Shown here in pieces: positions 27,196-41,045 of a stretch of DNA of 64,000 nucleotides. The position numbers and the translations under genes are program-made. The notes under the pieces were generated by a model. That model saw nothing but the letters and a program-made list of their open reading frames with translations. It made no database searches and was not told where the DNA came from. Source of the DNA: Epiperipatus broadwayi (Eukaryota; Animalia; Onychophora); assembly GCA_028023455.1 (NCBI GenBank), contig JAQFVV010000002.1, positions 18,476,001-18,540,000 on the forward strand, given 5' to 3'. How positions within the stretch are numbered: position 1 is the first letter of the stretch; every line of letters begins with the position of its first letter.

Positions 27196-28122
27196 TGAAT
27201 GAAAAGGAGAGAAAAAAAAACGATTGGAATTAGTAATTAGCCTTTGATGGGTAAACATCCTATCCTTTAAGGCAGCAAGAAATATTTTTAATCAGACATT
27301 ATTTGTTATTCATAGTTAATTTTCATACAAGTCATTCCACTATCTGCGATGTATGGTGCTGATTGGTAACTTGTGCACAGTATCTTACACATATATACAA
27401 AAACAAATATATTTATACAATGAATTTATATTTACACTCAATAAATTTAAATAATTTATCCTTATTCTCTTTTTATGCACGCTTTTAGAAATGATTTTAT
27501 ATGTATAACATAAAAGCGTTTGAAAAAAAAAAAGGTTACAAAAATAATTTTTCACATAAACAAAAATAATTTCACGTAAAAAAAAAAAAAGTATAGTTAA
27601 GTGATTTTCATTAGATACAGAATACAATGTTTGACAGATGTTTTTATTTATCGATATTTTCAAGTTTTCAAATAATAACTTTCTTAAATCAAAAAAGAAA
27701 TTTAATAAAACATTAGTAAAATTTACTAATGACAATTTACTGATTTCTAGTTACAATTTTCAAATACCTTTTACATTTTATTTTTCTGAAGATTTAAATA
27801 AATAATAATTTCGAAAATTACAAACAATAGTAACAACAACAATAATAATAAATTTAAAAATGTTAATACTGTAATGAAAAAAAGGTCATATACAATCTAA
27901 AACTATTCTGACTACATATTAATTATAATTAAAAGAAATCAAAGTTAACAATGTTTATTTTTTAATATGGGAGGGGGGAGTTCTGTGATAGATTCTTGAT
28001 GGTGGACAAAATATCTTGACAAGAAAAAAATTATTAGTATAGAAATTTTATTACGAAATTTATTGCACATAGTAGTAATTTCTGTCATAAAATGAATTCA
28101 AATAAAATAATAAGCAAAAGTT

Positions 28123-28233
28123 GTCAAGCGTTGTTAGCCGAGAGGTCATCGTACCCGCCTTGCAAGCAAGTAGTTGGTTGCAGACGGGTGTGGGTTCGCG
28201 TCCCGGCCGATGCTATGACATATGGGGGAAAAA
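28123..28233 (+). mobile_element. tRNA-Gly-derived SINE (GCAGACGG / TATGGGGG subfamily)
   Basis: TSD AAAAGTT at 28116-28122 and 28234-28240; closely resembles the 61692 copy. Confidence 0.9.
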
Positions 28234-29169
28234 AAAAGTTTGTTAGAGTGTAATTATTTATAGTATATTCATTTTGTAGGAATTCCTTTTTAATAACAAA
28301 TACATATTGACTGTCGTATTTTGAAACAGTAGTCATGGAGTGACATAAAGAAAATTTTTTGTTTGGTATTGCTATCAGTTAGATTTCAGTAGGTGAAAGA
28401 ATTTATCATTCTATGAATTTTTCACACATATAAAGATTAGTATATCCATACTATGTGATGGTTACTGTACCTATACTTCTCTATCATGATTTTAAAATAT
28501 ATATTCAATGAAAGCTATCTCCAATAGTTAAATACAATGATCACATGTGGAAGAATGGCATGAACCTCATCGGTGGATATCTATTTTATCAGTAAAGTGA
28601 TGGAAATCTATACTTCTATTAATATTGTACACGTCTGTTTTACATATTCAAAGGTATTATGGATTCTTTCAATATTTTCATCAAGTATAGGATCATTTAA
28701 AAATTATCAAACTTAAAATAGAATAAAAAAGTTGTTCATCCAAAACTTTATTAATATTACAGTTTATTTTTTTCTTTAACATCTCAAATATCCTTAAATT
28801 CTTTTTCAATATTGGCAGTACTTATTCTAAATGGTAAGAATCAAATTTAATCTTAGTAAGTTATTTGAAAAGCTGTAAGAGTTCAACTCATATACATAAT
28901 TATTTTAATCTGTAAAAAAATGATAAGGTGAAATCAGTTTCCATAATGGCTTTCATTATTTTTTAATTCATTTAATCACTAGATATTTAGAAAGCTGGGA
29001 AAACATATTTTCCAAATGGTTTTGGTATTTTAATGTAAAGATTTTGTCAGAATACTAAATATTATTCACTACTAACTTATAGATAGGAATTTACTACAAA
29101 TTGAATAAATAAATCGCTTCTTACAGATAATACAATAAAAAAATATTATGATTCTAATCTTTAGATATC

Positions 29170-29399
29170 ATATATATTGCTTATAACACTCTATTCATAT
29201 ACACATTCACTGCCTAAGGCAGTGAAGGAGATAGAGCTCTGATGAAGACTGCTGGACAGTCAAAACTGTAAGAAAATAAAGAGGTTTTGAAGAAAATTTG
29301 TTGCATTTAACGTGTATATGAATAGAGTGTTATAAGCAATATATATGATTATATGAAGATATGCAAAAAAAGTGAAGGAGAAGAATAAGAGAATATACT
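29170..29399. mobile_element. Family B snap-back insertion with HHR in the loop
   Basis: 37-bp perfect inverted arms 29168-29204/29312-29348; CTGATGA A GACTG-ctgga-CAGTC AAAA CTGT at 29239-29269; 12-bp TSD TCTTTAGATATC at 29158-29169 and 29400-29411. Confidence 0.8.
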
Positions 29400-29527
29400 T
29401 CTTTAGATATCTTTATCATTTTTTACCTATGATATAATTGCTTCTATTATAGATTTTTTCATTATTCTACATTTGTTTCAAATAGAAAACAATGTTTTTT
29501 AGAAATATTATACAATATATATAATAC

Positions 29528-29827
29528 AAAACAATACAATAGTAGATAAAAATCCAAATTTTACCCAAGTCCTCACAACTATGGTTTCATCTACTAAACA
29601 AATAGATCTTCTCAAGTGAAAATCAAACTAAGAAACAATATATATAAAACAAAACTTAAATGATAATCTGAGGCTATCAATCTTATGAAATGAATTATGG
29701 GAAGGTTTGTTTTGTATATATATATATATATTGCATCTTTAGTTTGATTTTCACTTGAGAAGGTGATGAAACCATGGTCATGAGGATTTTGGTAAAATTT
29801 GGATTTTATCTAGTATTGTATTGTTTT
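29528..29827. mobile_element. Palindromic insertion with variant-core HHR motifs in both arms
   Basis: Arms ~29528-29656/29702-29827; minus arm reads TTCAC TTGAGAAG ATCTA...TAGAT GAAA CCATAG TT GTGAG; plus arm retains GAAACCATGGTC. Confidence 0.8.
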
Positions 29828-30094
29828 ATGGTTTTGTATTTTATTTATTAATAGTATATAGTGTCAGGCAGTTTTGAATTTTATATATATATACTGTTAT
29901 TAATTCTTTAATAGTGTCACTATTTAATTATATTTGAACTGATGTGTGTTTGTCTTGCTTACTAGACGAGTAGTTACAAGATACTCAATTTAGTATTAGA
30001 AAATTGTTGCTAACCAAATGGAAAAAAAATGTAAGGAACAAAAGAATAAAAGTTTAACAATTTACTATTGATAAGTACTGAACATATGATGGAT

Positions 30095-30560
30095 ATATAT
30101 ATGTGAGATGTTGACTAGAACCAACTGATGAGTGCTACTTCAGTACAAAATGCATCTTGAGATCATTTGTCTTTTAATATTTTTTCATATGTTTAAAAAG
30201 AATTGGTGGTGTAAAGATTGTTCTATAAAAGATATTACATATAGGGGAAATAAGTTAAATTACTCCATATGTGTATGTTTGATTAAAATAAACATATTAA
30301 TTTTTATCTATGGATTAAAGTTTATATCTGGGCTAGAGATAATCTCTAATTTAATACATGATTAATGATAATCATGTTTACATTTATCTAAAGAGGATTG
30401 TGTCAAACTTATGGGTGGAGTAAGTTTGATATTTGTAGATCAAAATGCAATAATTTATTATTGCTAAAACAGCACATATATATATATATTAGAGGTGGTG
30501 ACCTGGGCCAATTGATGAGTTCTGGTTCAGCACAAAATCCATCTTATGCGACATTTGTCT
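30095..30560 (+). mobile_element. Family A-related tandem, HHR-to-HHR spacing 387 bp
   Basis: HHR motifs at 30120-30160 (CTGATGA GTGCT-acttc-AGTAC AAAA TGCA TC TTG) and 30507-30546; both have GAAA changed to AAAA. Confidence 0.65.
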
Positions 30561-30603
30561 TATGAAATATCTTTATTCATATGTTATAAAAAGAATGTTT
30601 GGT

Positions 30604-30707
30604 GTCAAGCATTGGTAGTCGAGATGTCAGCGACAACTCCTTTACAAGCAGTTGTCCCGGGTTAGCGGGTTCGCTTCCCGGCTAATGCTATGACACATGA
30701 GGAAAAA
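30604..30707 (+). mobile_element. tRNA-Gly-derived SINE
   Basis: 16-bp TSD AAAAAGAATGTTTGGT at 30588-30603 and 30708-30723. Confidence 0.9.
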
Positions 30708-30979
30708 AAAAAGAATGTTTGGTGGTGTTGAGGTTACTGAGTACATCTATATGAACAAAAGAATGATTTATGTATTGTTTTAATCAAAAGCATTTGGTTC
30801 AATTAATTAAAAATGAATGTAGTATTGCTTAAAATTGGTTGTTTGTCTATCAAAGTTTATTTGTATTATATAACTTCTATATTGGGACTTGTGTTAAACT
30901 TCTATGTGCACTATGTAAAATTGTATTTTTAATTTTTATGATAGTGGCCCTTTAAAAAATGTTTATAGATACTTCATGA

Positions 30980-31300
30980 ATCAGAGATGAAGATGCAACC
31001 ATAGCAACAGATTTTATGGAATTTTGCAAAAACAAGAACTTCATAATCTTGGTTTTTGAATTTATAATTTACTGAAGACTATGCTACCCTTGCCAATTCA
31101 AAAGGTGATCTACAAAATGTATTTCTTTTGGGTGCAATATATAGATTTTGATAGTAATTTTTGTTAAAAACAAACAGAGTTCTTTATCAGCTATGATAGA
31201 AAAAGAACATCAGCATTTTTTAGTTTAGATATGTGACCAATTTAAATATCTTGACAGTTTTTAAGTAGAAAAATATATTTAGCTATTGATAAGCTTCATA
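30980..31300 (+). pseudogene. Possible LINE endonuclease relic
   Basis: MEFCKNKNFIIL resembles the APE-domain motif LLxFCxxNxLxIxN. Confidence 0.3.
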
Positions 31301-32608
31301 GGTTATGTATTCCTACTATTTTTAACAAGTGAAAAGATGCAATATTTCATCACAGTGATGTAACTACTCCTAAATTAGTTGTATATAAAGCAATTATTTT
31401 TATCTCATTTATTAAATGAAAGAAAGAAGTTTGGTATTCTATCAATTTAACATAAAGGTATTAGAAAAATTTCATTTAAAGATAAAATTTTAAAAATATG
31501 ATGGAAAGATCTTAAGACCAATAAAATGTTCTCTTGCTTGGAGGATCTGATACTATGAAGTCTACGAACTTGAGCAGTTTTCATCGATAGATTTGTTTAC
31601 ACTATAAAGATGAACCCAAAGGTACTCTAAAGAGGAGTAATATTGATTACATCCATTGGGAAGAAGAGAATATGATGAAAACTTACAAAGAGATAAGGTG
31701 TTGAAATCCTTAAAAAAAAAATTGTTATAGAAACATTAAAAGAAACTATTTAAAAAAAATTCAATAAATAAACTGGATTAGCATATTCAATAAAGGGACA
31801 AAGTTACTTTCCATGGATTAGATTGCTATTGCAGAACACATATTAGGTGTATAGGTTTATTAAAAGAAAAAAGATTATCTAAATAATTTATCTAATAAAT
31901 TTTGTTATTATTTACTTATATCAAAAAATAATATTTTCATTTTTCTGCATAAAATAGATGTGTAGTTTCACTTTATTAACAGCACATTTATTTATTTAAA
32001 TACCTTTGTACAAATTCTTTTAACATTCATGTCAAAAGATTATACATTCATCTCTAATATTTAAAAAGAAGACAGAGTTTTCAATTTGTTTATATCATAA
32101 TTAATTCTCAAAAATAGAGCTATATACATATAATTCCTATTTCATCAATTTCTACAAAAGAATTGCAGCCATGACATTCTGGCTTCAGCCATTACTTTCA
32201 TAGTTGCACATGAACAAAAGCCAATTTCACTGAACAAATTTTTAAAATAAGATGTCTAGCATCCACCCCTCAACCTTGCAGAAAAACATCATTTCTTAAA
32301 ATATGTTAAGAGTTTTTATTTTTATTAATCTTATGGTGTTCAACAATTCTCTTTGCTCCCTGATTTCTCTCAATATTTGATCATTAATTTAATCATTCAT
32401 TTATGGATGTAAAGTCATAATATATTCTAAAATATTTACTGTAATGATTTCTCATTGTCTTCTATATCTTCTTGCCATTGAACAAAAGATTCATCTTCTC
32501 TTAGAAAAAATTTCACTCACCAAGAACAAAAAGATGTCTTAATTTTCTCTTATGTAAAACAATAAAAAATAATTACAAATGCATTTTACTAAATAATATA
32601 TATTATAT

Positions 32609-32763
32609 GATCACTAGATGGAGCTTTACCAATAGCTCCTAACAAGCTTTTGTTTACATAAACACTGAGAGATAGAATTCAATATCTCTTTCATTGTCTC
32701 CAACCTTTAGACCAGAAACTAGAGCTTGTTAGAAGCTATTGGTAAAGCTCCATCTAGTGATCA
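32609..32763. mobile_element. Family C snap-back palindrome
   Basis: ~41-bp inverted arms 32609-32650/32723-32763; the left arm aligns to 38320-38402 and stops inside HHR helix III. Confidence 0.8.
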
Positions 32764-33987
32764 TAAAATGCAAGCTAAGAGCAAGTTACAAAATTTATAA
32801 CTTGTTTTGTTTATCATATATATATATTGTAACCTATGAATTATCTTTGATCTCAGGGATTTAGAACAGTGGGGTGTGGAAATTCAGTTACTGATATATA
32901 ATTAATATTGTTTTATGAATACTCTCCCAGGGATGGAAGTCGTACTTGACTCTGACTCAAGTTAGCCAAGCCAGCAATCACTCTCACTATTTCAAATTAA
33001 TACAAAAAAAATTTAAATACTATAATTATTTATTGGTAAAATATCCCGAGTGCTTTGATTATTAAAAAAAAAATTTAAATAACAAATATCAACTGGGAAG
33101 GTATTCGAATACTGCAACTGGAGAAAGGCTTTTATGAACACCTGCAGCATCCAGTAATATATCATAATCCTGCCAAATATGATAAACTCTATTTTAGGGC
33201 TAATAAAGTCAATGTATAAATTGACATATATGTAATGTGAGTTTGCAGTGTTTAAATCATTGTCTCTTCAAATTTGAATGAAAATAGGCCTCCATTATGC
33301 AGTATATGAAGGTACGATTTAAATATGAAAATATCGATATACGATTGGATTGGAACGTGATTGGATTTCTGGAATTTGTGAGATCCAAAACATTAAGACA
33401 CAGACAAAATTTTATTAAATTATAAAACTTTATTAACAATAATAATACCAACATATATTACAATATTTACACATCTTCGTAGCTCTCCCTTCTTTTAAAT
33501 TAAACTTAAAAAAAAAAAAAAGTCTCATTATCAGTAAAATGGGATTCACAGTTGCTACGGAATCATATTCTTATGCTAACCGGCTAGTATACCTTTAGAA
33601 CCATAAGTATGCTAGGGAATTATATTGGAGGTAATAATAATCAACTATTAACTAATTTGATTCATGTTTTAACTCTAATTTTCTCAAACTTCAAATCTAA
33701 ATTACATTTCTTAACATACAGTTAGTGACCCTGGTCACAAAAAATCTTTTAACTAACAAAATATACTCGTAAACTAAGCATTAGATAGAATAAATTTATA
33801 TGCCCTGTTAAATCATTTCAAATATCTCAACACTATAGAATATCTACTTCCCTCATGTTCATACACATTAGGTTTTATGCGTTACACACAAAAAAAAAAA
33901 AATAGCTCTGTTATAAACCACATTTACACACACATGCACATTGAGCATAACCAATGTCCACAACTAGAGTAATATTTATTTTCTTAC

Positions 33988-34018
33988 CAGTCCAGCGAAG
34001 ATGTAGTTCGGCTGTCAG
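33988..34018 (-). CDS. Candidate 31-nt exon of an unidentified host gene
   Basis: ccatttccag|CTGACAGCCGAACTACATCTTCGCTGGACTG|gtaaga; GC-rich island with strong splice sites; reads LTAELHLRWT or DSRTTSSLD. Confidence 0.35.
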
Positions 34019-35884
34019 CTGGAAATGGATACACATTACTTATTACTAAATAATTAAGGTATTGTGTTATTTCTATTTTTTAAAAAGTAAAAATTTAAAT
34101 CTATAATTATTACTGGTTCTTTAGTGAACTGTACAAAGCAAAGCCAAATGGTATACATCAATACAGCAAGTCACACTTTAACTCTTATGCGCTACAAGTA
34201 AATAACAAGTTCTTAAATCAATTTCATGACCTTATCATCAATATAAACACTATCTCATAATTCTACCTTCAAATAAACATACACCCTTAAGGAAAAGAAT
34301 ACACAAATCAATAGCATTGTCAACAACCCAAGAATAAGAAGAGAGCACCCTTTCCCTTAGGGCTGGGGTATGCTAGGACTTAGTTGCTATGTGTATATAA
34401 GAACGGGCTTGCACAATGCACTACTACGAAATATAGCAATCATCTCATGGTGTAGCATTACTATGGAGCGAGGAATTCATCCTCTAGCTCCTAATAAAAA
34501 ATATTTCTAACCAACTATTTGACGTGCAAACTATACTTCATCACCCATATCAAGATGGTGAGAACTTACTCCATCTTGAACATACTAAGGCCAATTGCCA
34601 ACTCCCATACATATCAGAGATTAGTTTTTAACTTACACACAGCTATTGCATTGATGTATAAAACAATAATTTTACAAGTCCAAATATGGTTACATATAAA
34701 ATAACTTCGTATTGTTAACATTAAAAAAAAATTAATTAAGAAATGAGCATCGTTCACATAATAATTTCTAGTTCTCCAAACTGGGACAAGGCCACGTCAA
34801 TATCTCAAACATGTACTTTAAAATATAAAAACATACTTTAAATTTTGATTATAATAATAATAAGCCATTCCAATAAACACATTTCACACTATACACCCAT
34901 GCACTTTTCTCAATATCACTAAGGAAAGCCATATATTCATACGATAGCATATTTTAAGCTACCATGTTAATCTTAAACCTAAACAATCTAAATATTTTCT
35001 AACTTTTAGCTCATAAGCTTAACAACTAATATCATAATGCATTAACTAAATAGATTACAAAGCAAATAATCATTAATAATAAAAATTATACTTAGTCTCT
35101 ATAACAGTCCTCCTGAATTCCATGTTGATCCTCGTAGATACAGTAATCCCACGAATAACTCTGTGTGCACACACTAAATCCTACAAGTTAATCCATGGCA
35201 AGTTATTTAAATTAATTTTATGAAACAATCCACTAGGTTTCAATGTAACATTCAATTCAGAAAACACACTTATTAATTCAGAGTATTTCAGCTAAGAGAC
35301 TCACAATATCCCATTATAATTATCGTACTTATCCAAATGAGCTAGTAATTTCCCAATCATCTGTTTTTGTTTTTTTTTTCCTTTTAGACATTTGCTATTT
35401 CTTCAGATAGGATTGCATTTCCTATTTTCATGTAAATTAAACAAGTGCATAACGATTGAGTTTTTTTTTTTATTAACAATATCTCCATTTGGTATAACAT
35501 ATTACATTTCAATTACATCCTCAATACTTCTTTCATTGACAACTTTGTTTTGTATAGTACTAATAATAGAAATAATATTCCAGATGGGATCTAACATATA
35601 CACTCTATATTACGATTTCAGTTCTGCTCTTTTCTTGAATAAGTTTTCTTTTCCTTTTATAACACCAATCGTCATATTTATCAAACACCATAATTAATTG
35701 ATTGAAGAAAATGCTAATAAAATTTATGATTTCCATATTTTCTTCAAAGTAACTTTTAGTCTTCGGCAAACACTGTACTATTTTCCAATCCGTTGCGACA
35801 ATGTCAGTCATTTTGCGAATCATGATGATGATTAATTTTGGGAAGAAAGAACACATACCTAATATAAAAAGTTTAATCACTCAT

Positions 35885-36110
35885 TCATCATCATCATCAA
35901 CCATTATCAATACATTGTAGGATGAAGGTCTCTCCAAGTTCAATCCATTTTCTCCAATCTTTAGCTTCTCTTCTCCACATCACTCCTGCACACTTTCTTA
36001 TTTCATCCATCCATCTCACATGTGTTCCCTTTCTGGGTCTTTTACAATCTCTTGGAATCACTCATTATACTTTAATAATATACCATTTGATTCAATATTT
36101 TGGAATCAGA
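35885..36110 (-). mobile_element. RTE LINE 3' end with (GAT)n tail
   Basis: Reverse complement of the 25262-25437 sequence. Confidence 0.75.
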
Positions 36111-38254
36111 GATTGAAATCAGTATAGATGATATTTCTATATTATATAAATTGGAGATTGTAGACCCTTATACATGCACACCCAAGAGAAAATGAAGAAG
36201 AGACCTCTTTCTAGAAATGTCAGAGTTTTATCATATTGATTTGTCCATCAATCTCTGATACATGCCTTCTGTCAATTAAATCTTTATATCCTAATTTTAA
36301 TTGGCTATTCCCTATTGTTTTAAAATTAAGTGTCTGTACTCAGACAGACATCACGTGGTTCTTGTGGAATGTTTTCCCCGCTCGGAACGAAAACCGCTTG
36401 AGAGAGCCAAATAAAAATATAATTTTTTTTTTAATAATGATAATAATAAAAAAATACATAGCAGACTAACTTTGAACTCAAGATTTTGAATGAAAACCTT
36501 CTGCTATAGATTTGAAATTTAGATAAAATTATTGCTATCTCAACAGGCTTTCGAATGATACCCCACATGCCTTATTAAGATAATGGTTATTTTTATAATT
36601 AAATTTTTTTTATACATTCACAACGTGCACACTCACACATGCGATTCTGCTCGATCAATTCTAACACTTTTGTTTAACCCTTAATTCCACGCAAATTTCC
36701 TTCTATGGATATTTTATAGCTAATCCTTACTTCCCAACAGATCCATTTTTCCTCCAATTAAATTTTTTTTTTTTTTACTAATTAACAATTCTATCAATCC
36801 TGTAAAATATTTATTGTTTCCTTTATCTAGTCTACTCATTAACAACTACACCTCAAATATACTCACTAAATAATTACATACTAATTTTGACTGCTTAAGA
36901 TCCTTTATATTCATTTTCCATTTAGATTAATGAATAAGCTACTTTCATTTTGAGCATTTGCGAATGAGATTGCATTACATATGAAATAATTGTTAAAAGT
37001 TTATCCAAACTCTACTGTTTACTTAAAATTACTATTATCTAAACATTTTTTTCAGGAAGTTAACGTATTACATGAGGAAATTTTTTTAGCTAAATTACTA
37101 ATCGCAATATGAGTTTAAAACTTAGAAAAATTTGGTGTAAACCAAGAGTTACAATCCGAATATTAATTTTTTTATCCCTTTATTAGACTTTACTTTAATT
37201 AATATGGTTAATAAAGTTTATCTCAAAATTTATACGCTTTTTAAACTTAAGTTTAAAGCAGAAAATGTGAAAGAAGAAAATATAATTGAATTATATAAAG
37301 TGTTTTTCACAGTTCATAAATAAATCATTCTAAAATTGTTTAATCTACAATGTTAAACTTCTTTCTTAAATTCGGAAATTTTGGCTATCACGGATATAAA
37401 CAAATGTATATGAACTATTCCAATATTACTAGATGAATGAAGATAGAATAAGGGGAGGATATCCACAACAGATACTTTTTAGACTTTAGTTTAGATTTTG
37501 AAGATTCTTTTTAAATTTATTTTAAACAATTTTAATTTTACATAATTTTAGATTTTTTTTCCATCTTCGGATACACTCTCTTCTGAAGAATGAACAGAAT
37601 TTAGAATCTAATTTATTATTCATCTTTTATTTACTTTTTGATTTAATCAGTCGTTGCATTTAAATAGTTAAAATTTCTTTTCTTTTTGGTAAATTGTCAC
37701 ACAAATCTTCACCTTGTTTTTTTTCTTCAAAATATTCTCATTTTCCATTTTGATTTCTTGATCATTTTTTAAATAAAATCTGTATCCACAAATACTATAA
37801 TGATTTTCTTATACTTTAATGGACAGTTACTTAGACTTAAACAAAGCTTTGAAGCAAACAATATATTTATATATTCACAGTATTATCTGCATTCAACATG
37901 GAAAAATCATTAGAGACAATCCATATGACGTATTGTGAAAACGCACTCCTGCCCCCCCCCCCAGTTTAATAAGTATTAATTCATTAATTGGCAATTGATA
38001 AAGAGATTTACTTGATACTTCACTTTTGTTTATTTGAAAATTATGTATTATAATATCGATCATGCGTTAAAATCACATTAAGCTGTATAATTAATATTCA
38101 CCATCTGGTAACATTTAAGGAGAATATGTAACTACTGAGTTTATATTGTTATGGTTTGAACTGATTGCAAGTACTGTCATTCACATATTAAGGCTGCCTT
38201 ATCATCAAATTATTAAAGAGTTTAATAAAAACTAGTTTAAACAATCAAAATAAG

Positions 38255-38470
38255 AGTCATAGATCACATGACCCTATTCTCTTGAGCTTGTAAGTTATAA
38301 ACAATGAGGATTGCCAATTCCTCAACAAGCTTTGTGATAAATGCTTAGCCAGAGAAAGCATTTAAAATATCTCTGTCAGAACCCCCTCCCAAACCCCTGA
38401 CCATGGTTTCATGCTTTGGCACTCCTCAGAGAGGTGTCAGGGTAGGTTCAGACACTAGACAATAATTTGA
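38255..38470 (-). mobile_element. Family C HHR repeat fragment
   Basis: Aligns to 24010-24100 and 23700-23790. Confidence 0.7.
38394..38434 (-). ncRNA. Near-intact minimal type I hammerhead ribozyme
   Basis: CCTCT CTGAGGA GTGC-caaa-GCAT GAAA CCATGG TC AGGGG: full core, helix I 5 bp, helix II 4 bp, palindromic helix III ACCATGGT, GUC triplet. Confidence 0.8.
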
Positions 38471-40086
38471 TATATAAATTGTATAGGCTGCAGTATATCA
38501 CATGCATATTAGATATATATGCATAGCATATGGTTGTATCAGTCTAAAAAATAAATTGATTTATAGATTTAATAAAAACACGAAACATTTTGTATTATGT
38601 AAAATTTAAAATAAAAAAAAAGTATAAAATGGGCAAAATTGTAATGCTTGCAATGAAGAGGAAGAAAAAAAAGTTAACTTATTTAAGTTTACTATATGAC
38701 ACACAAGTGAATGCATGGATTAATAAAATATATACTATATTTGATGACATTTCCAGATCTGCCTTATAAATATATTTAAATAACACGCAATCAGCAAGAG
38801 CAATCCAAATCTAAATCTCAATTTCAAAGTTTTTTTTTTATATCTTTGTGAATTTTTATCATCAAATTCCAGGATCGAACTTGCCTGGCTGGGCGCTGTT
38901 CTTATTGGTGATGATGATTTTTCTTTGTAGACACAGTGTGTTTATTTCCATCGTTATTGGACAGCTTGCTTTAGAGCGGGAACTCAAAATTTTATCACTA
39001 GTATTTTTTTTTTAGTTTATCTCTTATCTTACTTTATGCCCAAGGGCCTGTTTGCTATTACGTCACTATAGAAAATCATTTCCATTCTAAGATTAAAAAT
39101 AACCAAATAACAGCTTTTTAAAAAATTCTTTTATATTAAAACAATCTTGTTTATAGATTTTAAACTTTAAATAATTATATAATTAGTTTGCCATCTGTGC
39201 ATTATATATATTATTTTAAATAAAATTATTAAATTCTCTTTTTATATATATATTTCTACCTGAGGGTGATCATATATTTTTTCCACTTTTATTTGAAAAT
39301 AATTTAACGGCATATACTTTAATATATATATATCAATAAAAATAATAAATATAACAGTAATTAACTATTATATACAGTCTTTCAATCCTACTTTCCGTTA
39401 ATTCCTTAACCTGCTTCACTGTTATATTTATTATTTTTATTGATATTACAATAGTTTTTTAATTAATGAGTATTTTATTTATATATAATTTTCACCCGTT
39501 TGAGAGCAAGTGTTATACTGTCCAAATGTCAATACATTTATTTTAATTTTATTCAAAATAATTCTCCCGAAACCATGATTTATAAAACATCTTTTACCCA
39601 TGAGAACATTCATTACAAAATATATATATATGCATATATTTTTGGTATACATATTAAATGTGGTATTTGATTATATATGGTATATAAATGGGGCACAATA
39701 TATGCACATATAGTATATTTAATATATATATAATAAGATATATAAAAAATGAGTCAATTTATAAGGAAGTAAAATATAAAGTTGATTAATTTGAATAAAA
39801 GAAGCTGTTAATAACAGTAACAAGAAAAATGTATTTATTTCATTTTTTTAATAATGAAGAATAAGAAATCTAATCAAATACTGATTTCGTCTTTTTGCTT
39901 TAACCTCTTGATTAGAATAAATAGATAGTTTATTTTATCAAGTAATATTTGGATAATTACTTGAAAAAAACCCCAACATAAATTGATATAGCTCAGATAT
40001 CTGAAAAATTTTCAACTTCTAACCAGATTCAAATTCGAAGCACTGGGCATGGTAAATAAAACAATAAATAAATAGAATTACTACTA

Positions 40087-40201
40087 ATATTTACTAAGGC
40101 AATAAACCTAAAGCATGTGCGCTTGAAAATGCGAAGGTAAGGACTTCTACAGGTCTTAACCACAAGCACACATGCTTTAGGTTTATTGACTTAGTAAATA
40201 T
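40087..40201. repeat. Isolated inverted repeat (39-bp arms, 37-bp loop)
   Basis: atatttactaaggcaataaacctaaagcatgtgcgcttg and its complement with 2 mismatches. Confidence 0.75.
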
Positions 40202-40904
40202 AACTTACGTAATCAATCTGCGTTAAATAAATTTATAAATACTAATATTTAGATATGTTTTTATTCCAAATAATTTCAAAAAGTTATTATCATCAGTTGA
40301 ATACATTACATCATTTTTTCAAATTAAATTTAACTCAAATATATATTATTTCAAGTATTCTCCATCTTTTTAGTTAAATTTAGATGCACATTTGGTATAT
40401 TAAAAAACAAAGAAAAATAGTAACATTGTTGCATTTACAATAGATATATGTACATAAACTACATTTTCTATTTTTTAAGCTTTAATTTTATACATGATAA
40501 CATAATAACCACTCCTGCTCTTATTATTTTTATTAATTCAATAAAAATGACCAAAAAAAAAAAAAACTATCATTTTAATAAAACGTAAAAAATTAATACA
40601 TCTTAAATTACAAAAGTATAAATACATTGTACAGATCTACATATCAATAGTACTTGGTCACCATGGTTTTGTGTATATGCAAGTAAATAACACATATTCT
40701 TTATAAGACATTGTCAGTAAGCTTAAAGTGCTAGATTGATTTCTTTTGTTAAACCAGAAATGATTTTTTTAAAAAAAACATAAAATGAATAAATAAATAG
40801 AGGGATTTTGAACTTAAGATTTTTCAGTCCATATTCATTTTCCATTCCATTTCAAACAAACGACACACATTGCATCATACATGCAAAAAAAAATACATGA
40901 TTCC

Positions 40905-41045
40905 CAGTAAATATATTTCACGCAGAACTGGCACGCATCAATTGGGAAATATCATAATCCCCCACACATATATATACAATCAGTGCTCGCCTTATATTAA
41001 GATGGCAATTCCTTAAACTTTAACGGACAGGCTTCAATCTGAAAA
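40905..41045 (-). mobile_element. Diverged family A-related fragment with decayed HHR
   Basis: Reverse strand gattgaagcctgtccgttaaag...atcttaatataa...CCCAA TTGATGC GTGC...GCGT GAAA. Confidence 0.55.

Noticed and set aside
33092-33225. Protein-like plus-strand frame INWEGIRILQLEKGFYEHLQHPVIYHNPAKYDKLYFRANKVN
   Set aside because: No usable upstream acceptor or start codon, and no family recognised
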